From an uncultured bacterium (GTDB taxonomy: Bacteria > Patescibacteriota > Minisyncoccia > UBA6257 > 2-01-FULL-56-20): a stretch of DNA of 64,000 bases. The stretch spans positions 366,942-430,941 of the forward strand of contig OY970354.1 in assembly GCA_963718515.1 (NCBI GenBank). The letters are read 5' to 3'. A program made the position numbers and the translations under genes. This document shows positions 1 to 8,228 of this stretch, piece after piece; position 1 is the stretch's first letter, and the number at the start of each line of letters is the position of its first letter. The notes beneath the pieces were generated by a model, which made no database searches, was not told where the DNA came from, and worked only from the letters and a program-made list of their open reading frames with translations.

Positions 1-238
1 CGAACAATCAAGGCGCTCGCTGCCATACTATAGGGTGCGTTTAAAGGACAACGCCCGCGTTGCAATTATCGTCGGCAACGAAGTGAAGGGATTGCCGGCA
101 TCCGTACTGCGCAATGCAGATCGCATTCTCGAGATCCCGATGATGGGCAAAAAAGAATCGCTGAACGTTGCGGTTGCCTTTGGCATCGTGGCATTTGGTC
201 TGCGCTTTGGCGCGGGCCCGGGCGGTGGTAATATATAG
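1..238 (+). CDS. SpoU/TrmH-family RNA 2'-O-methyltransferase, C-terminal fragment (5' end outside window)
   Basis: Open frame enters from window start. The C-terminal motif ...IVGNEVKGL...ESLNVAVAFGIVAF is typical of SpoU methyltransferases. Confidence 0.55.
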   Translation, partial: EQSRRSLPYYRVRLKDNARVAIIVGNEVKGLPASVLRNADRILEIPMMGKKESLNVAVAFGIVAFGLRFGAGPGGGNI

Positions 239-241
239 AGA

Positions 242-868
242 ATGTCGTCCGGTAAGAAAATGACAACCACATTCATTGCCGTCTTCTTGGTACTTTTCGC
301 CATCGCCGTGGGGATTTGGTGGCGCATTTTTTTTGGAAAGCCGAACCCGCCGCTCCCGCGCGCGAACGTTACGGTGGTGAGCACTAGTTCGTTGCCAGGC
401 GCGAGCATCGCAGTCGCGCCATCAAGCACCGTGTCCACAACCGCCGTTTCTGCAACCGATACTTCCATAGCGAACCCTCCGCTTGCAACAGAATCACTGA
501 CCGTCGACGGCGCGCAATTCAGCGTTGAGATCGCATCGACGAGCGTTGAGCAGACGCGCGGGCTTTCGTATCGCCCGTCGCTCGGCGTGAACGACGGCAT
601 GCTTTTTCTTTTCGGCACGGGCTCCACCCAAACGTTCTGGATGAAGGACATGAACTTTCCGCTCGACATGATCTGGATCAGCGGCGACACGATCGCCGGA
701 TTCACCGCGAACATTCCGGCGCCCGCGTCCGGCACGCCGCTCTGGGAACTCATCGTCTATCCATCACCGCCCGATGTGGACAAGGTTTTGGAAGTGAACG
801 CCGGCACGGTGGCAAAATATAATATAAAAGTGGGGGACACGGTGAGCATCGGGCCGACGACTGAATAA
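242..868 (+). CDS. DUF192-domain protein with N-terminal TM anchor
   Basis: 208-aa ORF. C-terminal FWMKDMNFPLDMIWI motif is characteristic of DUF192 (COG1430). N-terminal hydrophobic segment present. Confidence 0.7.
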   Translation: MSSGKKMTTTFIAVFLVLFAIAVGIWWRIFFGKPNPPLPRANVTVVSTSSLPGASIAVAPSSTVSTTAVSATDTSIANPPLATESLTVDGAQFSVEIASTSVEQTRGLSYRPSLGVNDGMLFLFGTGSTQTFWMKDMNFPLDMIWISGDTIAGFTANIPAPASGTPLWELIVYPSPPDVDKVLEVNAGTVAKYNIKVGDTVSIGPTTE

Positions 869-916
869 AAAAAGGCCCCATCTTCTAAGAGACGAGGCCC
901 GTGTGTGGGCAGGATT

Positions 917-1474
917 TCAGCCTGCCTTGCATTCCGGTGGCATCGGCGTGTAGACCCACTCCGAGGGGTCGCTTTCCGAGTTTGCAATGAATCCATCGAA
1001 GTCGGTGAGCCATTCACAGCCCTTTGGGTCGAGGAGCCGCCCGGCATTGAACTTCATTTCCACCCGCATGATCCCATACGATGTGGGGCGGTCGACCAAC
1101 TCGCGGTTGCCGGCAATTTGAACCGTCACCGGTCCCATCACGTGGATACCGAAGTGATCCAAGAGAAATCGTTCGAGGATGAATCTGAGGGTTCTCATTC
1201 GCAGGGCTCCCCCGGCGTCGGCGACGGTGACCGTGATGCTTGCTTTCGCAGTGAGCGGCGCGGTGATCTTTACGGAGCGTACATCGCACCGGCGCTTTTT
1301 CACCAGTCTCTCAATAAAGATCTTGACGGACTGCTTACTGCCATCGCCGATGAGTTCGTCCAGTATCACGCGTCCGTCTGCGACCGGCCATCGTTCCCAA
1401 ATGAGGGCCCAGATACCCGCCACCCCGACTACTATGAAGCTGATCATGAGCCAATTCGATCCGTGTGTTATCAA
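917..1474 (-). CDS. hypothetical membrane-anchored protein
   Basis: 185-aa ORF with N-terminal TM helix, convergent with the DUF192 gene. Competing plus-strand ORFs 905..1549 and 1179..1580 look less protein-like. Confidence 0.4.
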   Translation of the reverse strand: MITHGSNWLMISFIVVGVAGIWALIWERWPVADGRVILDELIGDGSKQSVKIFIERLVKKRRCDVRSVKITAPLTAKASITVTVADAGGALRMRTLRFILERFLLDHFGIHVMGPVTVQIAGNRELVDRPTSYGIMRVEMKFNAGRLLDPKGCEWLTDFDGFIANSESDPSEWVYTPMPPECKAG

Positions 1475-1607
1475 TTACCACCTCCCGGCAGGAATAGTAC
1501 CCATAAAATGGCATTTAGTCAATTGCGCTTGGGCTTTCGGCGCGTTTGACTATATAATAGAGGAAACGTCATTCATATAAACCTTTTAACCATTTTTTCA
1601 TAATCAT

Positions 1608-2639
1608 ATGGCAAACGTGCGCGTCGCGATCAACGGGTTTGGCAGGATCGGCCGGTTGTTCTTCCGCCAGGCATTCGGGCTCCCTAATATAGAGATTGTC
1701 GCATTGAACGACCTCGGCGACGTGGAGAATCTCGCATATCTATTAAAGTACGACACGGTGTACGGCCGTTTTGATAAAGAAATAAAAACGGATGCCGCGA
1801 ACGGCAAGTTGATCGTCGATGGGAAGGAGATCAATTTCTTGCAAGTGAAGGATCCGACCCAACTTCCTTGGAAAGCCATGAATATCGATCTCGTTATCGA
1901 GTCGACAGGGCTCTTTGATGAATACGCAAAATCAAAAGTGCATTTGGCGGCGGGCGCAAAGCGCGTTGTGATCACGGCGCCCGCAAAGGATGCCGACGGT
2001 GCGGATGGCCAGACAGTGCTGATGGGGGTGAACGAAGATAATTTAAAGTTGTCGACGATCACGTCGAATGGTTCATGCACCACAAACTCCGCATCGCCGG
2101 TCATCCAGATCTTGAGCGAGAATCCGGGCATCATAAAAGCGTCGCTTTCGACCGTGCACGCATACACGGCGACGCAGGCGCTTGTAGATGGCCCGATCCG
2201 CGGCGGCCACGATTTCCGCAAGGGCCGAGCGGCGGCGATGAACACCGTTCCCGAAACGACCGGCGCCGCGATCAGTGTCGCGCGCGCGATCCCGTCGCTC
2301 GCGGGAAAGTTCGACGGGCTTTCATTCCGCGTGCCGAATATCACCGGTTCCATCTCTGACATCACATTCCTCGCCAAGCGCGCGACGACCGTGGAAGAGA
2401 TCGCGCAGATTTTGACCGACGCGGCGAACTCACCGCGCTGGCAGGGGATACTGCAAGTGACGCGCGATCAGATCGTTTCATCCGACATCATTGGGCAAAA
2501 AGTAGGCGCGACCGTCCCGCTTGATCTCATTAAGGTAATCGACGGCGATCTCGTGAAAGTGCTCTCGTGGTACGACAACGAAGCGGGGTACGTATCGACC
2601 CTGATAAAACACGTTGAAAAGGTAGCAGAACTTCTTTAA
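1608..2639 (+). CDS. gapA: glyceraldehyde-3-phosphate dehydrogenase (type I)
   Basis: 343 aa. NGFGRIGR Rossmann motif and catalytic SCTTN motif. Full-length GAPDH. Confidence 0.95.
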   Translation: MANVRVAINGFGRIGRLFFRQAFGLPNIEIVALNDLGDVENLAYLLKYDTVYGRFDKEIKTDAANGKLIVDGKEINFLQVKDPTQLPWKAMNIDLVIESTGLFDEYAKSKVHLAAGAKRVVITAPAKDADGADGQTVLMGVNEDNLKLSTITSNGSCTTNSASPVIQILSENPGIIKASLSTVHAYTATQALVDGPIRGGHDFRKGRAAAMNTVPETTGAAISVARAIPSLAGKFDGLSFRVPNITGSISDITFLAKRATTVEEIAQILTDAANSPRWQGILQVTRDQIVSSDIIGQKVGATVPLDLIKVIDGDLVKVLSWYDNEAGYVSTLIKHVEKVAELL

Positions 2640-2665
2640 ATAAGTCATTAGGTTAAGAGTAAAGG

Positions 2666-2690
2666 CCTCGCTTGCGCGGGGTCTTTTTTT
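2666..2690 (+). terminator. rho-independent terminator after gapA
   Basis: GC-rich hairpin cctcgcttgcgcgggg followed by a T7 run. Confidence 0.5.
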
Positions 2691-2890
2691 GATTTCCCGT
2701 TCTCGTCTCAAAGGTCGGCAAATTAAAAACGCCCTTATTGAGATGCAAAAGGAAAGAAAACGTTTTTCCCGTTGGGAGATTTGCGTACGGTGTGAGCGCC
2801 GGTGTCGCAAGATCTACCATTTCGGTCGGGAAATGGAATCTACTGCGATCCTTTGCAGAGCATGCTCGCGGGCATTAGAACCAAAAAATC

Positions 2891-3193
2891 ATGGAAGGAT
2901 TTATTCCTCTCGCCGAAGTGGCGAGCGCGGCTACGCGATCCGTCGAGCTGCGGCGGCTCACTGATCGACAGACACGCGTATATCAAGCGTTTGTGGAGGA
3001 GATCGGTAATATTCGCGTGCCGAGGATCGTTGAACTCCTCCAAATAGCCAATAAGCTGAAAATCAGCTATAAAGCCGCCCGGTGTGCCAAAAATACTCTC
3101 GTCAAAAAAGGATTTTTGAAGCAATGGACAACTACCTTTCGGGATAAGGATGGCCTTTTCCGCAAGAGTACCTATTACCGGATCGAGTTTTAG
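2891..3193 (+). CDS. winged-helix/HTH DNA-binding protein (regulator or excisionase-like)
   Basis: 100-aa ORF with HTH-like segment LLQIANKLKISYKAARCAKNTLVKKGFL. Followed by a strong terminator and a long palindrome. Confidence 0.45.
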   Translation: MEGFIPLAEVASAATRSVELRRLTDRQTRVYQAFVEEIGNIRVPRIVELLQIANKLKISYKAARCAKNTLVKKGFLKQWTTTFRDKDGLFRKSTYYRIEF

Positions 3194-3206
3194 GGAATCA
3201 TGAAAA

Positions 3207-3241
3207 ATCCGCCGGACTGAAAACCCGGCGGTTTTTCTTTT
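3207..3241 (+). terminator. rho-independent terminator
   Basis: tccgccgg…ccggcgg hairpin followed by tttttcttttt. Confidence 0.7.
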
Positions 3242-3250
3242 TCTTAGATA

Positions 3251-3296
3251 GGGGCAAATCTATTAATTAATTTCTTAATTAATTAAGATTTGCCCC
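3251..3296. repeat. 46-bp near-perfect palindrome (GGGGCAAATC…TTAATTAATT…GATTTGCCCC)
   Basis: Perfect 10-bp outer inverted arms flanking a TTAATTAA-rich core. Candidate operator, origin or recombination site. Confidence 0.6.
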
Positions 3297-3380
3297 CTCC
3301 GTGTTTTTTCTTAGGTTTCTCCGTCATTTCTGTTGTTTCGCTTATATGTATATTTGCCCTTTTTCGATTTCATTTCAAAT

Positions 3381-3427
3381 GCCAAAGTGTTGATAACTTT
3401 TATTTCGGCAGTTATCCACACTTTGGC
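3381..3427. repeat. 17-bp inverted repeat (gccaaagtgttgataac / gttatccacactttggc) with 13-bp spacer
   Basis: One mismatch between arms. The left arm is repeated directly at 16182..16199. Confidence 0.6.
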
Positions 3428-3631
3428 CCCGCGGAAACTTTTTCGCTGTTGTAGAAAAATATAAACATGGTCATCTGCTCAATCTGTTCTCATAGCGAGT
3501 GGTGCGACGGCGGCGATCGGTGTGATTGCCAATGCCACGACGTCGATCTCGAAGATGATGGATTCTACGAGGAAGACTACGACGATGAGGGCGAAGGAAT
3601 TGACGGCAACGAAGGGGATTAATAAACAACC

Positions 3632-3781
3632 ATGAACCCAATACTCATACTTCTCGGTTTCATTGCTTTGTATATCAGCGCTTCCCGGCTTGCTTCCGTA
3701 AGGCGGCCGCCGCAGATGGGATTCATCATGCCGAAGAAGACCCTGTGGCAAAGGATAAAAAGAATCTGGCGCAACCGATGA
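3632..3781 (+). CDS. small hydrophobic peptide (49 aa), putative membrane protein
   Basis: ATG-initiated short ORF MNPILILLGFIALYIS…, co-directional with the downstream cluster. Overlaps minus-strand ORF 3479..3751, so uncertain. Confidence 0.25.
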   Translation: MNPILILLGFIALYISASRLASVRRPPQMGFIMPKKTLWQRIKRIWRNR

Positions 3782-3902
3782 ACTGGGATATTTTCAAAGG
3801 ATTCTGGCTGGGTGTTATCTCACTTCTATTCGTCGAATTTTCAATCGTATGGTCCGTGGATGAAACCAAAGGTAACGACGATAACGATACATTAAAACCA
3901 AC

Positions 3903-4058
3903 ATGACATTTCAAGATTTCATCGGCACGATCATTTTCGCTTTTATGTTCAACTTCTGCATCACGGTCATGCTCGATGGATTGCTCGGATTGTTTTACCG
4001 GCAGATCGGGGCCAAATACATTAAAGTCGTGATGAAAAATGACGGATTGAATTATTAA
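3903..4058 (+). CDS. small hydrophobic peptide (51 aa)
   Basis: MTFQDFIGTIIFAFMFNFCITVMLDGLLGLF…, a TM-like peptide. Overlaps minus-strand ORF 3726..4061. Confidence 0.25.
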   Translation: MTFQDFIGTIIFAFMFNFCITVMLDGLLGLFYRQIGAKYIKVVMKNDGLNY

Positions 4059-4059
4059 C

Positions 4060-4185
4060 ATGACGCCCCTCGATACAATTTTCTACCAGTGGTCAGAAGT
4101 GATCAATCCCTCATGGATTCTCGTGCTGTTCGCCCTTACCACGTTGCACACCTTCCTATTTACCTTCATCGAAAATTGGCTCTAA
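4060..4185 (+). CDS. small hydrophobic peptide (41 aa)
   Basis: MTPLDTIFYQWSEVINPSWILVLFALTTLHTFLF… with a predicted TM segment. Confidence 0.25.
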   Translation: MTPLDTIFYQWSEVINPSWILVLFALTTLHTFLFTFIENWL

Positions 4186-4295
4186 AGATAACATAAAGAT
4201 TCGATAAAGAAGTTATAAAGAAAAGTTAAATAAATTTTAAAGATGTTATTCCGGAAAAATAAAGGTCGAATAAATATTAACCAAACACCACAACC

Positions 4296-4565
4296 ATGGT
4301 CAAAAAGATTTCTCTTTGGCTTTCGGGCGCTGGCGCTGCGATCGTTGGCCTCATTGGGGCTGCGGCCGCTCACGCGCAGTCCATCCCGGCAGGCGCTTTG
4401 GCGGTCCCCACCTCTACGGTTCAGGATCTCCTAGCGTCGGTCAGTAACGTGTTCACCGATCCGGGTATTCTCGGCATGGTGATTATCGCTGCTGCACTGC
4501 CGATCGTCTTCTGGTTCGCTCGCCAAGTCATTGGCTTGCTGCCGAAGTCGCGCGCAGCCCGCTAG
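4296..4565 (+). CDS. small secreted protein with C-terminal TM anchor (pilin-like topology)
   Basis: 89 aa. Signal peptide ending AHAQ and C-terminal hydrophobic segment. C-terminal module DLLASVSNVFTDPGIL…FWFARQVIGLL is shared with 4851..5462. Confidence 0.5.
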   Translation: MVKKISLWLSGAGAAIVGLIGAAAAHAQSIPAGALAVPTSTVQDLLASVSNVFTDPGILGMVIIAAALPIVFWFARQVIGLLPKSRAAR

Positions 4566-4623
4566 CATCTCACCCCATCTCACGGGCGAGGGGATGTCGT
4601 GAGAACGTCCCTTCACCCGTGAT

Positions 4624-4854
4624 ATGAAAAAGAAAATTATCACAATTTCGTTTGTTGCCTTGATTCTGATCGCCGCGGAATTTTGGTGGGCCGTGTTGAC
4701 GTTGCCTTGGCCACTAGTCGTCGCCATATATGCGTACATGGCTCATGTCCTCGTTTTGGGGTTCTTGGAAATCGCAGTGGTTGCCCTTGTTATTCCGCTC
4801 GTATTTTATCTCGTCCACGGGATCATCAATCTCGTCCGCTCAAAAAAGAAATGA
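4624..4854 (+). CDS. small integral membrane protein (2 TM)
   Basis: 76 aa, very hydrophobic. Its stop overlaps the next start codon (ATGA). Confidence 0.45.
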   Translation: MKKKIITISFVALILIAAEFWWAVLTLPWPLVVAIYAYMAHVLVLGFLEIAVVALVIPLVFYLVHGIINLVRSKKK

Positions 4855-5462
4855 AGAAAATTATATACACAATTTTATTACTCCTTCCCATTCTGCTTTC
4901 TGCGGCACCAGCTTTTGCTGCCTTATCAACAACCCCCGCCAGTTCGGATAATTTAAACTCATTGCAGATTACCGTTACCGGCAATGATAATCGCCGCGTC
5001 ATTCTCGTTGACTATGCAGGCATCATCGTGGGCGATACGGATCAAAGCCACGGCTATCCTTACCCCGATACCGACGGAACATACAGCCCTTCGCAATTAG
5101 GCTTTACGTCAAGTGGTTATGGAACCTACACAATTATCAGTACAGTTCAATCCGAAAATGGACATGGCAGCTGCACACCGGGTAATACCATCGTGAGCTG
5201 TATCGGCATGATTAATTACGGAAGCGGCTATTACAACGAAAGCACGTTTAATCTTTTTGCTCCTCCGGCACCGGTAACAATCAATTCGGGCGTGCTTGTG
5301 TTGCCGTCATCTGATACCCACGATCTTTTGGCAAGCATCACGAATGTGATGGACGGTGCAGGACTGCTTGAGATCCTTGTTCTCGCAGCAGGAGTGCCAT
5401 TAGCCTTTTGGTTTATGAGAGAGATCATCGCCTTAAACTACCAGAATAAAAAACAAAAATGA
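4851..5462 (+). CDS. secreted protein with conserved pilin-like C-terminal module
   Basis: ATG at 4851 gives signal peptide MKKIIYTILLLLPILLSAAPAFA. C-terminal DLLASITNVMDGAGLLEILVLAAGVPLAFWFMREIIAL is paralogous to 4296..4565. Confidence 0.5.
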   Translation: MKKIIYTILLLLPILLSAAPAFAALSTTPASSDNLNSLQITVTGNDNRRVILVDYAGIIVGDTDQSHGYPYPDTDGTYSPSQLGFTSSGYGTYTIISTVQSENGHGSCTPGNTIVSCIGMINYGSGYYNESTFNLFAPPAPVTINSGVLVLPSSDTHDLLASITNVMDGAGLLEILVLAAGVPLAFWFMREIIALNYQNKKQK

Positions 5463-5701
5463 AAAAGATTTTTATAACCATTTCAATATTGGGTATCACC
5501 GCATTCATGCCCCTTTTGGCGTTCGCGCAGGTTGCTACAGACAGCATTCAGCTGCCGTCCGATTTCACCGCTGATGTTTTGACGCAATCAACTGCTTTAC
5601 TAACCAATCTCGAAGGCTACATGAGCCTCATCGTGGGCGTACTTCTTGCGCTCGTCGTCGTTGAATTTGTGATCGGCGCAATCAGACATCGCGGGCAATA
5701 A
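5459..5701 (+). CDS. small secreted protein with C-terminal TM anchor (paralog family)
   Basis: 80 aa with signal peptide and C-terminal TM. ATGA overlap with the upstream gene. Confidence 0.5.
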   Translation: MKKIFITISILGITAFMPLLAFAQVATDSIQLPSDFTADVLTQSTALLTNLEGYMSLIVGVLLALVVVEFVIGAIRHRGQ

Positions 5702-5709
5702 CATGAGCC

Positions 5710-7038
5710 ATGAAAAAATATATTCTCATAGCGTTAATGGTAGTGGCGGGATCGCTTGTACTCTCCTCGCACTCTGCCTTTGCGTTCAGTCTTGAAGAAC
5801 CCCAAAGCTTCGTCCAACCGGATACGATATTTCTCGATCAGAATGGCAATTTAGAAATTCAGTGGCAAAAAATTCAATTAGGGTTCGGGGGATATGATCT
5901 GCCGGGCGGTATCATGGTTTCGATCAATGGGACAAGCACTGATCCGGAATTGAGCTACAACGGCCCGTATGCCGGATGGTCGGCGGGCGGCCATGTGCTT
6001 ACGCATGGCGGCGTCGGCACCGGTGGACCGTGCGCGCCCGGATTCGGAGGGAATTACAGCACTGCAAGCGAAGCGCCTTATGGCAACACCTACGGGCCAA
6101 TAAGCACGGTATGGAACGCGGATACCAATTCTTTTGTGAGCACGGTAGGCATGACGGAAGCCACGCCGATTTATCTCACGTTTTTTAACTACAACGGATA
6201 TACGTGCGGCATCAGCGAATCAGAACCAACCGACGGCAGCACCTACTGGCAGGTATTTTATTTAAATTCCGTTGAAGAACCCGTACAGCCGGAATTTTTG
6301 CAACCATTCGACGGCGCAGTGATTGGCCAATTCCCAAACTGGGATTTTTATTTATCAAACAACTCCACAAGTTCACAAAGTGGCGTCGTAACTGTCCACT
6401 TCGGCACCGGTCCCGGCAATCTTACACTCACCGCTTCGACGACTTATACCGATCTTCCCGCGGGAACCGATACCGAACTCACGATTCCCGAAACATATCA
6501 ATTCACCACCCCGCAGGGGCCGAGTTCAAGCATATGGTATGCCGACATTGAAGTGGCGAACACCTCAACCGATTTTGATATTACGGGATCAGTCATCAGT
6601 TTCACCTTCGAGAATAATGCGCCTACCGTCGCGCCATTTCCAAATGGCATGTTTAATTTCGAGGGAGGGGAAACATCATCCACGGCATCCGATTGCGATT
6701 ACACGACTTCAAGTTTTCTCGATGATCCGGTTGGCAATCTCGAAGAAGCGGGATGCAACATGTTTATCCCGAATTCTTCGGAGCAGGCAGATCTCTACGA
6801 TTCATTTCACGGCACATGGGGCAACCTCTCGACAAAGATTCCCTTTGGCTACGCTGCGATCATCACAACAGCATTCACTAATTTTCAAGAGGGAACGAAC
6901 GCCAGCACGCTGATGAGCACGACGACCTACGCTGCGCTTTCATCGGTGCTTGATCCATTAAAGACTGGCGTATCATTTTTACTTATTCTCATGCTGGGAT
7001 TTTGGATTTTCAAATTTATTCAGCACATAACGCTATGA
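5710..7038 (+). CDS. large secreted protein with C-terminal TM anchor
   Basis: 442 aa. Signal peptide ...SHSAFA, S/T/G/N-rich body and C-terminal hydrophobic helix. Confidence 0.55.
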   Translation: MKKYILIALMVVAGSLVLSSHSAFAFSLEEPQSFVQPDTIFLDQNGNLEIQWQKIQLGFGGYDLPGGIMVSINGTSTDPELSYNGPYAGWSAGGHVLTHGGVGTGGPCAPGFGGNYSTASEAPYGNTYGPISTVWNADTNSFVSTVGMTEATPIYLTFFNYNGYTCGISESEPTDGSTYWQVFYLNSVEEPVQPEFLQPFDGAVIGQFPNWDFYLSNNSTSSQSGVVTVHFGTGPGNLTLTASTTYTDLPAGTDTELTIPETYQFTTPQGPSSSIWYADIEVANTSTDFDITGSVISFTFENNAPTVAPFPNGMFNFEGGETSSTASDCDYTTSSFLDDPVGNLEEAGCNMFIPNSSEQADLYDSFHGTWGNLSTKIPFGYAAIITTAFTNFQEGTNASTLMSTTTYAALSSVLDPLKTGVSFLLILMLGFWIFKFIQHITL

Positions 7039-7298
7039 TCGTCTATTGGATATTAAAAATATTTGTATACCTCTTGAGCCTCATCACGGCGCCGCTCTTG
7101 TTATTGCCTACAGCATCCTTGTCGGTGGATCTCACCGGCACGCTCACCCAAGCGGGCAATTATCTGGCGCTATTCGACATATTTTTGCCCGTAGGAACGC
7201 TTTTAACGGTCTTTGGCATCATTGTCTCGATCGAGGGAGGATATTTCAGCTACAAGGTCGTAAAGTGGATCTATAACAAGATACCGGGAGTAACCTAA
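7035..7298 (+). CDS. small integral membrane protein
   Basis: ATG at 7035 overlaps the upstream stop (ATGA). Three predicted TM helices. Confidence 0.4.
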   Translation: MIVYWILKIFVYLLSLITAPLLLLPTASLSVDLTGTLTQAGNYLALFDIFLPVGTLLTVFGIIVSIEGGYFSYKVVKWIYNKIPGVT

Positions 7299-7343
7299 AT
7301 TAGGGAAAGTTGTCTTTTGGCTTTTTGGCTGTAAAATATACTC

Positions 7344-8183
7344 ATGGCGAATGAACTAACACCTTCGAGCCCGCACAAGGACTTTGAGAGCATTAAGAAA
7401 ATTGACGAAAACGGGATTGAGTATTGGGAAGCTCGTGAATTAATGCCGGTTTTGGGTTATGAAAACTGGCAAAAAGCAGAGGAGGTTATTGCTAGGGCTG
7501 CCAAAGCCTGTATTAACAGCGGTCAGGATGTGGATAACCATTTTAACCAGACGGTTAAAATGGTGAATATTGGCTCAAACACAGTAAGAGAAGTAAGAAA
7601 TTATAAGCTCGATAGGTACGCTTGTTACCTTATCGCTCAAAACGGCGATCCGAAAAAACACGAAATAGCGACGGCTCAAACATACTTTGCAATTCAGACG
7701 CGACGGCAGGAGATTTTTGAACAATTGTCAGATAGCGAAAAAAGACTATTTATCCGTGGCGAAGTATCTGATCGCAACAAAAAACTTTTTAAGACAGCGC
7801 GACGAGCTGGAGTCAGTAAATTTGGTTTGTTTAACGACGCAGGCTATAAAGGTCTTTATGGTGTACCCTTAGCAGATGTTGAAAAAAAGAAAGGGATAAA
7901 AAAGGGAGAGCTACTTGATCATGCTGGCGCAACGGAGCTTGCTGCTAACTTGTTTCGTATAACACAAACCGATGAGAAAATAGCTAAGGATAAAATATAT
8001 GGGCAAGAAGCGGCTTCGAGAGCTCACTTCATGGTGGGCGGTAAAGTTAGACAAACCATTAAAGACATTGGTGGTGTTCTGCCGGAGGAATTGTCTACTG
8101 AAAAAAGTATCAAAGAAGTAAAAAAGGAAATTAAGCTTCTCAAAAAAGAGGAAAATAAAAAGATTAAGGGATTTAAAAAATAA
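7344..8183 (+). CDS. dinD: DNA-damage-inducible protein D-like (Bro-N domain) protein
   Basis: N-terminal 120 aa align with E. coli DinD/Bro-N family (…ENGIEYWEARELMPVLGYENWQKAEEVI…YACYLIAQNGDPKK…AQTYFAIQTRRQE). Lysine-rich C-terminus. Confidence 0.7.
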   Translation: MANELTPSSPHKDFESIKKIDENGIEYWEARELMPVLGYENWQKAEEVIARAAKACINSGQDVDNHFNQTVKMVNIGSNTVREVRNYKLDRYACYLIAQNGDPKKHEIATAQTYFAIQTRRQEIFEQLSDSEKRLFIRGEVSDRNKKLFKTARRAGVSKFGLFNDAGYKGLYGVPLADVEKKKGIKKGELLDHAGATELAANLFRITQTDEKIAKDKIYGQEAASRAHFMVGGKVRQTIKDIGGVLPEELSTEKSIKEVKKEIKLLKKEENKKIKGFKK

Positions 8184-8228
8184 GGCGATTTTTTTGCAGC
8201 TGCCGACTGATCCCTGTAAGCTGTAGAT

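Noticed and set aside
868-905. Possible bidirectional terminator between the DUF192 gene and the convergent minus-strand ORF
   Set aside because: The ggcccc…gaggcc arms are only partly complementary with a long loop, and there is no clear T tract.
1541-1553. TTGACT and TATAAT hexamers upstream of gapA
   Set aside because: The hexamers are adjacent (1-nt spacer), so they cannot form a standard -35/-10 pair. Only a lone -10-like element remains.
1604-2377. 257-aa minus-strand ORF overlapping gapA
   Set aside because: Antisense shadow ORF of a high-GC, well-supported gapA gene with no protein-like features.
3479-4061. Two minus-strand ORFs (90 aa and 111 aa) in the element's left region
   Set aside because: They compete with three short plus-strand hydrophobic peptides that are co-directional with the downstream cluster. 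Neither set is certain, and the minus ORFs lack any motif. All are left as low confidence.
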